A model generated the notes under the pieces. That model was given only the letters and a program-made list of their open reading frames with translations, was not told where the DNA came from and made no database searches. The translations under genes and the position numbers were made by a program. Of a stretch of DNA of 64,000 bases, positions 50,120-59,972 are shown piece after piece. Position 1 is the stretch's first letter. Each line of letters opens with the position of its first letter. This stretch comes from an uncultured Lachnospiraceae bacterium (GTDB lineage: Bacteria > Bacillota > Clostridia > Lachnospirales > Lachnospiraceae): the NCBI GenBank assembly GCA_900551115.1, contig URUY01000014.1:14140-78139 (forward strand). Reading direction: 5' to 3'.

Positions 50120-51358
50120 TTATTCATTCACAAGCCAAAAAGTCATGGAATGGTTGTCTGCATCTTCGGCATAAGCTATTACGCCGTCCGTGCTGTTCAG
50201 ATAGTCAAATATCTTCTGACCTGTGATAAGCTGTTCATAAAATTCGTCATATACTGCTTTGTCTGAGCATTTCAGGGTTATGTCCTGTCTGCCCGTTTCA
50301 TAGCCTTTTTCAAAAAAGGCCGCTACCTGTGCCGTATCATAGGCCGTAAAATAAGCACCCTCCATAATATAGTAATTGGCATCCATGGAGGTACACTCCG
50401 GCAACGGCACAACATTATCAATAACATGTGTTTTTAAAAGCTGTTCGGTGGTAACGCAGAGATAATCGTAATTGATGGCGGGCAGGGAGTCAACGCTTAG
50501 GCTCCCCTCGGACTCTACCACCTGATACGACGCATCTCCCCAGGTTGCATCTACATAATAAAAGCTGCCGTCTATCTGTACCAGATTCCATGCATGGCTT
50601 TCCCCGTTATACACGCTGCCGATAACCAAGGTGGAAGGAACAGCTAACTTTTCCAAAAGATACTGCGCCGCCTTTGCATACCCCTGACATACTGACCGTC
50701 TGTCTATAAATACCGAGCAGATATTCTGATTTTCCGGCGCCTGCTGGTCATACTCGGTATTTAACACCAAATACTGATACACATATTTTACTTTTTCATA
50801 GTCGGAGGCATCCATGCTGATATGGGACAGGCATTCATCCACTGCGCTGTCTATCAGTTGTTTACATTCCTTTCTCGCAGCAGCATCCATGGTATAGGTT
50901 CCGGAAAAGCTGATTTTCTCAGTCTCCCCGCCATATGTATAAAGTGTATAGGTATAACCCTTTACATAAAACATTTCCGGATGGTCATTCATAACGCATT
51001 GAAAGATTTTGTCGATATCCTGCTCATCTATGGCAGCATCCGTCAGCGGAGACAGAATCACATCCGTATACATACCTTCCATAATAGCGTACATATCCTC
51101 GTACCACATCTGTTCCTCCGCAGTTAAGCTTTCGTAACAGTATCTGCCGCTTTGGTCTTTCTTATGCAGAAGTGCCGACTCTTCTCCCAGTGTGACAGGC
51201 GTGGCTATTTCCTGTAACGGCTTGCTGCCCTGCCCTGCACCGCTTTCTTCCTTATAGGGGAACGCGCATGCACTCAGGCAGAATACGCACAGAAATACCG
51301 GCAGAAATATTTTATTTTTTTTAGTTTTTACCAAATTCAGAAAGCACCAGCCCTTCAT
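50120..51358 (-). CDS. transglutaminase-like cysteine-protease-fold lipoprotein
   Basis: Lipoprotein signal (…IFLPVFLCVFCLSAC). Transglutaminase core (…CQGYAKAAQYLLEKLAVPSTLVIG…SHAWNLVQIDGSFYYVDATWGD). The 5' end overlaps the prfC 3' end, so the start is uncertain (ATG 51358, or an in-frame TTG nearer the signal peptide). Confidence 0.7.
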   Translation of the reverse strand: MKGWCFLNLVKTKKNKIFLPVFLCVFCLSACAFPYKEESGAGQGSKPLQEIATPVTLGEESALLHKKDQSGRYCYESLTAEEQMWYEDMYAIMEGMYTDVILSPLTDAAIDEQDIDKIFQCVMNDHPEMFYVKGYTYTLYTYGGETEKISFSGTYTMDAAARKECKQLIDSAVDECLSHISMDASDYEKVKYVYQYLVLNTEYDQQAPENQNICSVFIDRRSVCQGYAKAAQYLLEKLAVPSTLVIGSVYNGESHAWNLVQIDGSFYYVDATWGDASYQVVESEGSLSVDSLPAINYDYLCVTTEQLLKTHVIDNVVPLPECTSMDANYYIMEGAYFTAYDTAQVAAFFEKGYETGRQDITLKCSDKAVYDEFYEQLITGQKIFDYLNSTDGVIAYAEDADNHSMTFWLVNE

Positions 51359-52916
51359 TTCTGTCAAGAGTCATCCCCACGCTCCATGAATTAATAAAGA
51401 GCAGCAGCGGATTCCCCTTGAGATCCTGTATTTTTTTCATATCGGAGGTTCCTGTCAGCCGGTTCAAATCAATATCCTTATTTTCAATCCACCTGATGTG
51501 TTCGTATGGCAACGGCTCCAACCGGATTTCCACATTATATTCATTTTCCAGGCGGTACTTTAAAACGTCAAACTGCAGCACGCCTACTACGCCTACAATG
51601 ATTTCCTCCATACCGGTATTAAACTCCTGAAAAATCTGAATGGCGCCTTCCTGTGCAATTTGGGAAACGCCCTTGATAAACTGCTTTCTTTTCATTGTAT
51701 CAAGCTGGCGTACTCTCGCAAAATGCTCCGGTGCAAAGGTAGGGATGCCGTCATAACAGAACTTCTCCTTAGGCATGCACAGCGTATCCCCGATGGAAAA
51801 AATACCGGGGTCAAACACACCGATAATATCGCCTGCATAGGCCTCATTTAAAATCTTTCTTTCATCTGCCACAATCTGCTGGGGCTGTGAAAGACGCATT
51901 ACCTTGTTGCCCTGCACATGGCGCACCTCCATGCTGGCATCAAATTTTCCTGAACAGATACGCATAAACGCAATTCTGTCCCTGTGGGCTTTGTTCATAT
52001 TTGCCTGAATCTTAAATACAAAGGCTGAAAATTCCCTTTCTGTGGGGTCTATCAGCCCTATATCCGCTTTTCTGGGAAGGGGTGTGGTAGTCATCTGCAG
52101 AAAGTGCTGTAAAAACACTTCCACACCAAAATTTGTCAGAGCAGAACCGAAGAATACCGGGGTCAAATCACCGCTTCTGACCTCATCCAGATTAAATTCC
52201 GCACTGGCACCGTCCAAAAGCTCGATTTCATCATAAAGCCTGTCCGCAGCCTCTTCTCCGATAATGGATGTAAGCTCGTCCTTGTTCTCTACGGAAATTT
52301 CCCTGGTTGAGCCTTCTTTTGTACCCTTTTCCGTATCGGAATAAATCAGCACCGCATTCTTATTCCGGTCATATACGCCCTTGAAGCCTTTTCCCGAACC
52401 GATGGGCCAGTTGACGGGACAGGTAGCAATTCCCAGTTCCTTTTCAATCTCATCAAGCAGCTCAAAGGTATCGTTGGCATCCCTGTCCATCTTGTTTATA
52501 AAGGTAAAAATAGGGATTTTCCGCATTACGCATACCTTGAAAAGCTTTCTTGTCTGCGCCTCTACGCCCTTTGACGCATCAATAACCATGACTGCCGAAT
52601 CAGCTGCCATCAGGGTACGGTAGGTATCTTCCGAGAAATCCTGATGTCCCGGTGTATCCAGAATATTGATGCAGAATCCGTCATATTCAAACTGCAATAC
52701 GGAGGAGGTGACGGAAATACCCCTCTCCTTTTCTATTTCCATCCAGTCCGACACCGCATGTCTGGCGGTAGCCTTTCCTTTTACACTGCCCGCCAGATTA
52801 ATGGCGCCGCCATAAAGCAGAAATTTCTCCGTCAAGGTTGTCTTACCTGCATCAGGATGGGATATAATCGCAAAGGTCCTTCTTCTGTTTATCTCGTCTG
52901 CATAGTTTACTGCCAC
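51321..52916 (-). CDS. prfC: peptide chain release factor 3
   Basis: Translational GTPase (AIISHPDAGKTT…DTPGH…). ORF-track start is TTG; GTG at 52916 preceded by TGGAGGA (7-nt spacer) is more likely. Confidence 0.85.
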   Translation of the reverse strand: MAVNYADEINRRRTFAIISHPDAGKTTLTEKFLLYGGAINLAGSVKGKATARHAVSDWMEIEKERGISVTSSVLQFEYDGFCINILDTPGHQDFSEDTYRTLMAADSAVMVIDASKGVEAQTRKLFKVCVMRKIPIFTFINKMDRDANDTFELLDEIEKELGIATCPVNWPIGSGKGFKGVYDRNKNAVLIYSDTEKGTKEGSTREISVENKDELTSIIGEEAADRLYDEIELLDGASAEFNLDEVRSGDLTPVFFGSALTNFGVEVFLQHFLQMTTTPLPRKADIGLIDPTEREFSAFVFKIQANMNKAHRDRIAFMRICSGKFDASMEVRHVQGNKVMRLSQPQQIVADERKILNEAYAGDIIGVFDPGIFSIGDTLCMPKEKFCYDGIPTFAPEHFARVRQLDTMKRKQFIKGVSQIAQEGAIQIFQEFNTGMEEIIVGVVGVLQFDVLKYRLENEYNVEIRLEPLPYEHIRWIENKDIDLNRLTGTSDMKKIQDLKGNPLLLFINSWSVGMTLDRNEGLVLSEFGKN

Positions 52917-53015
52917 GTTCTTGTCCTCCAAATTTATTCGCCGGGGCTTACGCCTCCATATTGTCTGTATAAGCCTGCCGCTTTCCTGTTTTTATGTCTG
53001 CCGCCTTTTCTTACT

Positions 53016-54170
53016 TCAATCAAGCATACTGCTGCCGGGAAACGCAGGCGTCAAATCAAAATATTGTAACACGGTTGCCCCGATATCCGCAAAGGTTTTT
53101 CTTGTCCCAAGATTGCCCGGCTGTACCTTTTTTCCATATAGTAAAAGCGGGGTATACTCTCTCGTATGGTCCGTTGTCTCCGTATAACCCGGATCGCAGC
53201 CATGGTCCGCTGTAATCATTAACAGGTCATCCTCCTTAAGCCCGGCAAGTATACAGGGCAGCTTTTCATCAAAAGCAGCAAGCGCTTTTGCATAGCCGTC
53301 AATATCCCTGCGGTGACCGTAGAGCATATCGTAATCTACCAGATTAATAAAGCAGAGTCCTTCAAAATCCTTGGAAAGATACCCCAGTGTCTGTTCGATT
53401 CCCTCTGCATTGCTCTTTGTATACACATGCTCCGTAATCCCGCACCCGGCAAAGATATCATAAATTTTGCCTACGGCAATAACCGATTTCCCATTTTCCT
53501 TAAGCTGGTCCAACATGGTAACGGCAGGGGGCTTTAATGAAAAATCATGCCTTCGCGCCGTCCGCACATAGCTGCCGGCTTCTCCCGTAAAGGGCCTTGC
53601 TATGACTCTGCCCACGCCGTGCCTGCCTGTCAGGATACTGCGCGCAATAAGACAGTATTCATAAAGCTCCTCCACGGGCACCACGGATTCATGCGCGGCT
53701 ATCTGAAAGACACTGTCAGCCGATGTATACACAATCAGCTTACCGGTTTTTATATGCTCCTCTCCAAATGCCTTAATGACCTCCGTCCCGGAATAGGGTG
53801 CATTACAAAGTACGCCTCTGCCTGTCTTTTCACTAAATGCCGAAAGTACTTCCTCGGGAAAACCATCCGGATACACAGGCAGCGGCTGTCTGGAACAGAC
53901 ACCCGCTATTTCCCAATGCCCTATGGTTGTATCCTTACCCATGGAAGCCTCCGTCATCCGGGCATATCTGCCCAAAGGAGCCGCTTCCCGTTCCTTACAG
54001 GTAACGCCGTCAATATTGAAAAGTCCCATTTTTTTCATGTGTGGCATGGAAAAATAAGGGCTTTTAGCAACTGTACCCAGTGTATTTGCGCCCTTGTCGC
54101 CAAAATCCGGTGCATCCGGCATAGCGCCGATTCCAAAGCTGTCCAAAACTATCAGAAAAATCCTTTTCAT
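53016..54170 (-). CDS. deoB: phosphopentomutase
   Basis: 384 aa. N-terminus MKRIFLIVLDSFGIG is typical of DeoB. Confidence 0.9.
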   Translation of the reverse strand: MKRIFLIVLDSFGIGAMPDAPDFGDKGANTLGTVAKSPYFSMPHMKKMGLFNIDGVTCKEREAAPLGRYARMTEASMGKDTTIGHWEIAGVCSRQPLPVYPDGFPEEVLSAFSEKTGRGVLCNAPYSGTEVIKAFGEEHIKTGKLIVYTSADSVFQIAAHESVVPVEELYEYCLIARSILTGRHGVGRVIARPFTGEAGSYVRTARRHDFSLKPPAVTMLDQLKENGKSVIAVGKIYDIFAGCGITEHVYTKSNAEGIEQTLGYLSKDFEGLCFINLVDYDMLYGHRRDIDGYAKALAAFDEKLPCILAGLKEDDLLMITADHGCDPGYTETTDHTREYTPLLLYGKKVQPGNLGTRKTFADIGATVLQYFDLTPAFPGSSMLD

Positions 54171-54227
54171 CCCGTATGTCCCTTTCTCTTTCCCTGTTCA
54201 CAAATACGCATTATATCATATTATTTC

Positions 54228-54998
54228 TTACTGTACAACCGTACTGATAATGATATTTGCGGCTTCTGCATCTGTTTTTCTTTTTACAATATCTTCTATC
54301 TGCGCCCTCTGTGCATCCGTCAGTTCAGCAGCATTTACTACAACATCCACACTGTCTCCGTTTATACTCACTACCACATCAGAAAAGCCTTTTGCTTCCA
54401 GCAGGATTTCAGCACCCATTTCCTGCTCTGCAATAGTCGTCATGGCAACCATGGTGTCCACCGCGCTCTGCTTCTGCTCATCGCTTAAAGCGGTACTGTT
54501 AATGATTTCAAGCAGCGTTTCTTTATTTTTTGCCCGTACCTGTTCCTTTAACATTTTCGCTTCAGAGAGGTTGGTTACGGAAGCGGTTCCCGTAAATACT
54601 GCTTCTCCGGGTATTTCTCCTTCCGCAGGCGTTTCCACTTCACCGGAGGCTGCATTTGCCAAAGCATCCTGACCCGGTACTGCTTCCATACCCTCTTCTA
54701 AGTAATCCTCCATAATCACATCCACATCCGAATCCAGACTCTCTATCTCCGTAAGCTGCCCGGAAGAAATATCTTCCTCCGATAAATCCAATAATCCGTC
54801 CAGAGAATAGTCATCCACCACACCGTCTGCTGTAAAATTTTCCGTACCTGCCTGTTCAAGAGCCTGTGCCTCTCCCGATGCGGGCAGATACTCTTCTTTA
54901 TCCAGATTGGTACCTGCAAACTGTAAGTATCCGGCCACAGCAATCATAATTGCCAGCGCGGTAATCATAAGTTGGTTCTTTTTAAGAATATTTTTCAC
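54228..54998 (-). CDS. spoIIIAH: stage III sporulation protein AH
   Basis: N-terminal TM, acidic linker and YscJ/FliF-like C domain. Last gene of the spoIIIA operon. Confidence 0.8.
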   Translation of the reverse strand: MKNILKKNQLMITALAIMIAVAGYLQFAGTNLDKEEYLPASGEAQALEQAGTENFTADGVVDDYSLDGLLDLSEEDISSGQLTEIESLDSDVDVIMEDYLEEGMEAVPGQDALANAASGEVETPAEGEIPGEAVFTGTASVTNLSEAKMLKEQVRAKNKETLLEIINSTALSDEQKQSAVDTMVAMTTIAEQEMGAEILLEAKGFSDVVVSINGDSVDVVVNAAELTDAQRAQIEDIVKRKTDAEAANIIISTVVQ

Positions 54999-55084
54999 GT
55001 CATTCTCCCCTTTACTGGCTGCCTACCAGTTTGTTTTTACTACTTTATTATATTATCCTGTTTTCGCTCCTATGCATTACGAGC

Positions 55085-55717
55085 TTAATTTGTGCTTTTC
55101 ATTTTAATGACTTTTATCCTGTGGGCTTCTATACCGAACAGCACCTGCACGGCTTCCGATATGTCCGCACTGACCGTTCCGCCAGCCCCTTCCGCAAGCA
55201 CCACGACCCCTTCTACCTGGGGACTGATGATTTTTACCACATAGGGCTCAGCTGCATTTCCGTCCGAAGAATACACCGTGTTTTCTTTTGCGTCCAAGGT
55301 ATTTACCATGCGGGTTCCGCCCTCCGAATCCTCCTCTGTTGTATTGGAACGGACAATGGGTTCATCCTTTTCTACCACTTTTTCCATAGAGGAGCGAAGT
55401 GTAATAATGACCCTGACCTGTCCGGCTCCTTCCATCTTTCCTAACACTGCTTCTATCTTTTTTTCCAAATCTGCAATATACGCCTCTGTTTCTTCCATTT
55501 CCTGACTTTTGTCCGTTCCCGTCACACTTCCCGCTTCCAATAAAGAACTGTTGTTATTTATTGCATTATCTGCAAGATAGGACGTTTCCTTTTCTTCTCC
55601 TCCGGCACTTTTTTTGTTGTCGACGGGTATTGCGATTACCATAAGCAATACCCCTGCCAGTACTACCACTATCAGGTTATTCTTGCTTTTCACAAATGCT
55701 TTCAGCTTATCAGTCAT
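55085..55717 (-). CDS. spoIIIAG: stage III sporulation protein AG
   Basis: 210 aa. N-terminal TM and conserved C-terminal region (…QVEGVVVLAEGAGG…). Confidence 0.8.
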   Translation of the reverse strand: MTDKLKAFVKSKNNLIVVVLAGVLLMVIAIPVDNKKSAGGEEKETSYLADNAINNNSSLLEAGSVTGTDKSQEMEETEAYIADLEKKIEAVLGKMEGAGQVRVIITLRSSMEKVVEKDEPIVRSNTTEEDSEGGTRMVNTLDAKENTVYSSDGNAAEPYVVKIISPQVEGVVVLAEGAGGTVSADISEAVQVLFGIEAHRIKVIKMKSTN

Positions 55718-56201
55718 CGCTTCCCACCTCTATCCTGTCAATTTGAATTGTAGCTTCGGTTTCCATATCCGATTCCTGCTTTACTGTTTCCATGCCGGCT
55801 TCCTGTTTTGCCGATTCCTGCCCGTTTGTTCCCTCTTCCAGTGCCGCTGCCTCTTCCGCCTCCTGTTCCTCCAGCAGCTTCTTATTATTAATTCTTGTTT
55901 TAATTTCTTCCATCGTCATTTCTTCCAGCAGCTTCTCCGCCGTAACATTTGTTATTTTTATTTCTTCCATGCTTTCTATAATAAACGCATCATAAAACTC
56001 AATTTTTCCCTGAAATATCGTTTTTCCCTTTTCACCGAAAATTTCCATCACAGGTATGAAGAGCTGCACCAGCACCATAATGCTCATCAGCAGCCTGATA
56101 TATTTTCCGTAGCTTTCCGCAGGCTTAAAATGCAGAATCATCTGCGCACATATCATAAAAATCCCCACCTGCTTTACTACTGTAAGCAATTGTTCTCCCA
56201 T
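55710..56201 (-). CDS. spoIIIAF: stage III sporulation protein AF
   Basis: 163 aa, two N-terminal TMs. Positional and compositional match. Confidence 0.7.
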   Translation of the reverse strand: MGEQLLTVVKQVGIFMICAQMILHFKPAESYGKYIRLLMSIMVLVQLFIPVMEIFGEKGKTIFQGKIEFYDAFIIESMEEIKITNVTAEKLLEEMTMEEIKTRINNKKLLEEQEAEEAAALEEGTNGQESAKQEAGMETVKQESDMETEATIQIDRIEVGSDD

Positions 56202-56204
56202 ATA

Positions 56205-57311
56205 TTAAAACCCTCTGTTCGTGGTATATGCCGCAACTGAAATCGTTATCATAAATAAAAGAAGGGAGGTTCCTACTACCTTAAACAAAAGCTGGCTGCC
56301 GTTTCCCACTTTATCCGTACAGGCCGTAATTCTCTTGTCGCTGACTACTCCCAAAAAAGCGGCTGCCGCCTTTAGCAGACATGAAGTAATCAGAATCCGG
56401 ATTAACGGAGCTGCCGTAATCATTAACAGGATAAGAAGCATAACCAGTCCGATACTGTTTTTAATTACCACGGCAGAACCCAGCACTACTTCCACGACGC
56501 CGTCTGCCACATCCCCCACCCCCGGTATTGCGGCAACGGTCTTCTGCAGGGTGGTTGCCTTTACTGAATCTATAGCAGGTGTTATCATTGACTGAAAGGC
56601 ACTTGCTCCCGTTACCAGACCGAATGCTGCCTTTAACAGAAAACGAATTGCTTTTTCCAGCCCTTCTACTAAAAGTCCCAAACGTTCTTCTATCCACAGA
56701 CCGTTTATTAAAGACAGCAGTACATAGCTGTAAATAAGGGGCAGAATCAGGGTGAGCAGCACATGCTCCACCATATAAATAATCAATATGATCAACTGGT
56801 AGCCGCTTAAAGCCGTTACACTCCCCGTTGCCACTCCCACCGACAGAAAATAGGCGGGGATAAAAATCTGTATAAAGTGTACGATATTCTGAATCGTTTC
56901 AGCCGCTACTGCCGCTGATTCCAAAAAGCTTTTCATCAGAATAACCGTCATCAAAAGATAAGTAAAGTAAAAGCCGATATCCGCAATCTGATGATTATCA
57001 AAGATTTCTATAAAATGGGATATCAGCGCCGCCACGATTCCCAGCACCATTATCCAAATAAAGATTTCCCTGATGGCATAGACCTCTGCCACCATACCGC
57101 TTATAGCCGTATGTATGGCGTTTGAAATGCTTCCCATGATATCTCCTGACAAAATCTGCGTAAATATATCTTCCAAATGAAATTCTTTTTCAGGAAACAG
57201 ATTTTGCAGCTCTTTCTCCAAATCCCCTATCTGATACTCCTCCCATATCGTTCCGATATCAACCGTCATATGCTCTCCCTCTGTACTATTCCTGCCTGCC
57301 TTCCCAAACAC
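56205..57311 (-). CDS. spoIIIAE: stage III sporulation protein AE
   Basis: 368 aa polytopic membrane protein of the SpoIIIAE family. Confidence 0.8.
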   Translation of the reverse strand: MFGKAGRNSTEGEHMTVDIGTIWEEYQIGDLEKELQNLFPEKEFHLEDIFTQILSGDIMGSISNAIHTAISGMVAEVYAIREIFIWIMVLGIVAALISHFIEIFDNHQIADIGFYFTYLLMTVILMKSFLESAAVAAETIQNIVHFIQIFIPAYFLSVGVATGSVTALSGYQLIILIIYMVEHVLLTLILPLIYSYVLLSLINGLWIEERLGLLVEGLEKAIRFLLKAAFGLVTGASAFQSMITPAIDSVKATTLQKTVAAIPGVGDVADGVVEVVLGSAVVIKNSIGLVMLLILLMITAAPLIRILITSCLLKAAAAFLGVVSDKRITACTDKVGNGSQLLFKVVGTSLLLFMITISVAAYTTNRGF

Positions 57312-57349
57312 CAGCTCTTAAGTGACAGCTTAAGGCATGTCTCTTATCC

Positions 57350-57733
57350 TTACATGAAGCTCTGTATCTGCTCGATGACAGCCAGAAGAATCGGCAGTCC
57401 CGCAAACATAACGGTCAGCTTTCCCAATACTTCTATCTGTCCCGCAACAGAGGAAAATCCGGCATCCTTACAAATTCCGGCACTGAACTCGCATATATAG
57501 GTAATGCCTACTATTTTAAGAAGCGTACCAAGATAGCCTTCTCCGCCGGACATATATTTTTGCAGCACCTCAAGCTTTGCCGTCAGCGAATACAGACAGC
57601 GAACCGCATAATAAAAAATAAGAATTGCCGCACCAAAGCCAATATACAGGGTATATTCCGGCTTGCTGCTCTTAAACTGTACGGCAAGCAGCACCCCAAC
57701 TATCCCCAGCATGCCTATCTTTACAATTTCTAT
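57350..57733 (-). CDS. spoIIIAD: stage III sporulation protein AD
   Basis: ~128 aa, 4 TM. Start moved to internal ATG (MIEIVKIGMLGIV). Confidence 0.75.
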   Translation of the reverse strand: MEIVKIGMLGIVGVLLAVQFKSSKPEYTLYIGFGAAILIFYYAVRCLYSLTAKLEVLQKYMSGGEGYLGTLLKIVGITYICEFSAGICKDAGFSSVAGQIEVLGKLTVMFAGLPILLAVIEQIQSFM

Positions 57734-57758
57734 CATACTTTCCTCCCACTTACCCCTC

Positions 57759-57953
57759 CTACAAGGAAAACAATGCCTGTATCGTAGTAAACAGCTCATA
57801 TATATACGGCACTATCCAGCTAAGTACCAGTACCAATCCTGCAAGGCTTACCAAAAAGGCCTGTTCTTCACGCCCGCTATGCTTCAATACCTGATTCAAA
57901 ATAGTAACCAGTACCCCCACTGCCGCAATTTTAAATATCAGACTAATTCCCAT
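57759..57953 (-). CDS. spoIIIAC: stage III sporulation protein AC
   Basis: 64 aa, 2 TM. Sequence MGISLIFKIAAVGVL… matches SpoIIIAC. Confidence 0.8.
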   Translation of the reverse strand: MGISLIFKIAAVGVLVTILNQVLKHSGREEQAFLVSLAGLVLVLSWIVPYIYELFTTIQALFSL

Positions 57954-57979
57954 GTTGCCTCCTTAGAAGCCATTTTCTG

Positions 57980-58495
57980 TTATATCAATATCACTGCCAG
58001 CAGCAGCCCGCTCATAATCCCCAATCCGGCTGCCATCCGACCCTGTTTTTCCAAATCTCTTTCACGGTTTTTTACCGCACAGACAAGCATGTCCCGATAC
58101 TGTTCAATGGCCCTTATCTGCATTTTATTGTCCGAAAGCCCGCAGCCGGCAGAAAATCCCAGAAAAAATTCTTTTTCCTCCTTTGAAACCGGAACCTCCA
58201 AAAGCGCCTGCTCCATCTGCTCCCGCCACTTTTCATAAAAGCCCTGATTTCTGCTCTCCATTTCCTTATGTATGGTTAAAAGCGCATTCTTATAGGGTTC
58301 CTCCGCCTTTTGTCCAATCTGTCTGCAGCATTCCGGCAAGGTTGCCTTGCCATACCTGATTTCACTCATAAACAATTCCAAAATCTGCTGCATATAGCGC
58401 AGATGCCACAAAGCCCTGTAAAACCGGTTGCGGTACCAAAAGCCGATACCGGTACTTCCCGCTATAATAAGGCACGCGCCGATTATCCTGCACAT
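57980..58495 (-). CDS. spoIIIAB: stage III sporulation protein AB
   Basis: ~171 aa. Start moved to internal ATG (MCRIIGACLIIAG). Confidence 0.7.
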   Translation of the reverse strand: MCRIIGACLIIAGSTGIGFWYRNRFYRALWHLRYMQQILELFMSEIRYGKATLPECCRQIGQKAEEPYKNALLTIHKEMESRNQGFYEKWREQMEQALLEVPVSKEEKEFFLGFSAGCGLSDNKMQIRAIEQYRDMLVCAVKNRERDLEKQGRMAAGLGIMSGLLLAVILI

Positions 58496-59433
58496 AGCTT
58501 CCATTCTTTCTGATATACCCCCGCAACCCTGGGACATCCTCCTTCCTTATCCATAACAATGTATCTGGAAAACAGCTTGTCTTTTATCACATCTTCCATA
58601 TACTTCTTTTCCTTTAATTCGGCAAGGTCAAAGCCATGCACTGTGGCAAGCAGTCTGCAGCCGCAGGCCGATACCCGTTTCATGGCCGCTGTATCTTCCA
58701 TTCCTCCCAGCTCATCAATAGCCACCACCTCCGGCGCCATGGAACGAATCAGCATCATCATGCCGTATATCTTGGGACAGGCATCCAATACATCCGTCCG
58801 GATACCTACATCATTCTGCGGTTCTCCCATATAACTGCCTGCAATCTCAGACCGTTCATCCACAACCCCCACTGTCATGCCTTTGCCATAGGGATTACCG
58901 TTGGAAACCTGCCTGATGATATCCCGCAGCAGCGTTGTCTTGCCGCATCCCGGCGGAGATACAATTAAGGTATTGTGCAGCCTGCCCTGCTCATACAAAT
59001 ACGGCAATACAGAATCCGCCGTTCCCTTTATTTCGTGTGCAACCCTGATATTCATACCGGCTATATGCTTCATGGTTCGGATACAACCGTCATCCTCTAC
59101 TACTACTTGTCCGGCTATACCGATTCTGTGTCCTCCGGGTACTGTCAAAAATCCCTGCTTCACTTCATCCTCGTATGCATAAACGGAATCGTGACAAACC
59201 TGGTTCAATACATCCTCCAGCTCTCTGCCCTCTATCAGATATGCCCTCTCCTCCCTATCGGTAAAGTTTCCCTCTGCATCCAAAAAGATTTCTCCGCCGT
59301 GTAATCTGACTATCACAGGCTTTCCTGCCCTGAGCCTGATTTCCTCCAAATTTTCATATTCAGCTGCTGCCTGTCCCAAAAGCCTGCGCAAAGACTGTGG
59401 AAATATGTATAATAAGCTCTTTATGCCATCCAA
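58483..59433 (-). CDS. spoIIIAA: stage III sporulation protein AA (secretion-type ATPase)
   Basis: Walker A PPGCGKTT. Start probably TTG at 59433 (…LDGIKSLLYIFPQSLRRLL) with AGGGAGG RBS 7 nt upstream, rather than the far-upstream ATG. Confidence 0.8.
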   Translation of the reverse strand: MDGIKSLLYIFPQSLRRLLGQAAAEYENLEEIRLRAGKPVIVRLHGGEIFLDAEGNFTDREERAYLIEGRELEDVLNQVCHDSVYAYEDEVKQGFLTVPGGHRIGIAGQVVVEDDGCIRTMKHIAGMNIRVAHEIKGTADSVLPYLYEQGRLHNTLIVSPPGCGKTTLLRDIIRQVSNGNPYGKGMTVGVVDERSEIAGSYMGEPQNDVGIRTDVLDACPKIYGMMMLIRSMAPEVVAIDELGGMEDTAAMKRVSACGCRLLATVHGFDLAELKEKKYMEDVIKDKLFSRYIVMDKEGGCPRVAGVYQKEWKLCAG

Positions 59434-59591
59434 AAAAACACCTCCCTTCGCCTGCCTAAAATAGTATATGTCGGGTTGTATAAAAAAAAGAACAAAGAAA
59501 CCAAAAGAAATGATAGACATCCGAAAGAGAAACTGCTATTATAAAAATATAAATAGTAATTATTATCATTATTAATTAAGGAGGTCCTATT

Positions 59592-59834
59592 ATGGCAAAA
59601 AACACAGCACAGGTAGATAATCTTGTAGCACTTTTAGACGGCTATGCAGCAAAAGGCGGACATCACTTAAATGTCAATGTTTTAAACAGGGATACGCTCT
59701 TAGATGCGCAGAAGCATCCTGAGAACTATCCCCAACTTACTATCCGCGTTTCCGGTTATGCCGTAAATTTCATTAAACTGACTCCCGAACAGCAGGCAGA
59801 CGTTATCAGCCGTACCTTCCATGAAGCAGTTTAA
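59592..59834 (+). CDS. grcA: autonomous glycyl-radical cofactor protein (mini-GrcA / PFL C-terminal 'spare part')
   Basis: 80 aa. …[57 protein letters not shown] is near-identical in pattern to the C-terminal 60 aa of E. coli GrcA/PflB (glycyl radical motif RVSGY). AAGGAGG RBS. Confidence 0.8.
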   Translation: MAKNTAQVDNLVALLDGYAAKGGHHLNVNVLNRDTLLDAQKHPENYPQLTIRVSGYAVNFIKLTPEQQADVISRTFHEAV

Positions 59835-59892
59835 GTCAGGATGATTTGGAGATTCTCACCTGATAAAAAGGTGCGCTGCAAGACGCACGGCA

Positions 59893-59940
59893 AAAAAGGT
59901 GTGTATCGCAATGATACACACCTTTTACTCTTTTCTTTTT
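59893..59940. terminator. bidirectional intrinsic terminator (AAAAGGTGTGTATC-gcaa-GATACACACCTTTT flanked by A/T runs)
   Basis: 13-bp perfect stem. T-run downstream on plus (after grcA) and A-run upstream (U-run for the convergent lipoprotein gene). Confidence 0.7.
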
Positions 59941-59972
59941 AAATTCTTATATGGTATGGGATTTACTGAATA

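Noticed and set aside
49823-50266. 147-aa plus-strand ORF spanning the hairpin array
   Set aside because: Its sequence (FFKGNHFALFQRAVFLPFFKGQSF…) merely mirrors the nucleotide repeats and runs into the 3' end of the lipoprotein gene on the opposite strand.
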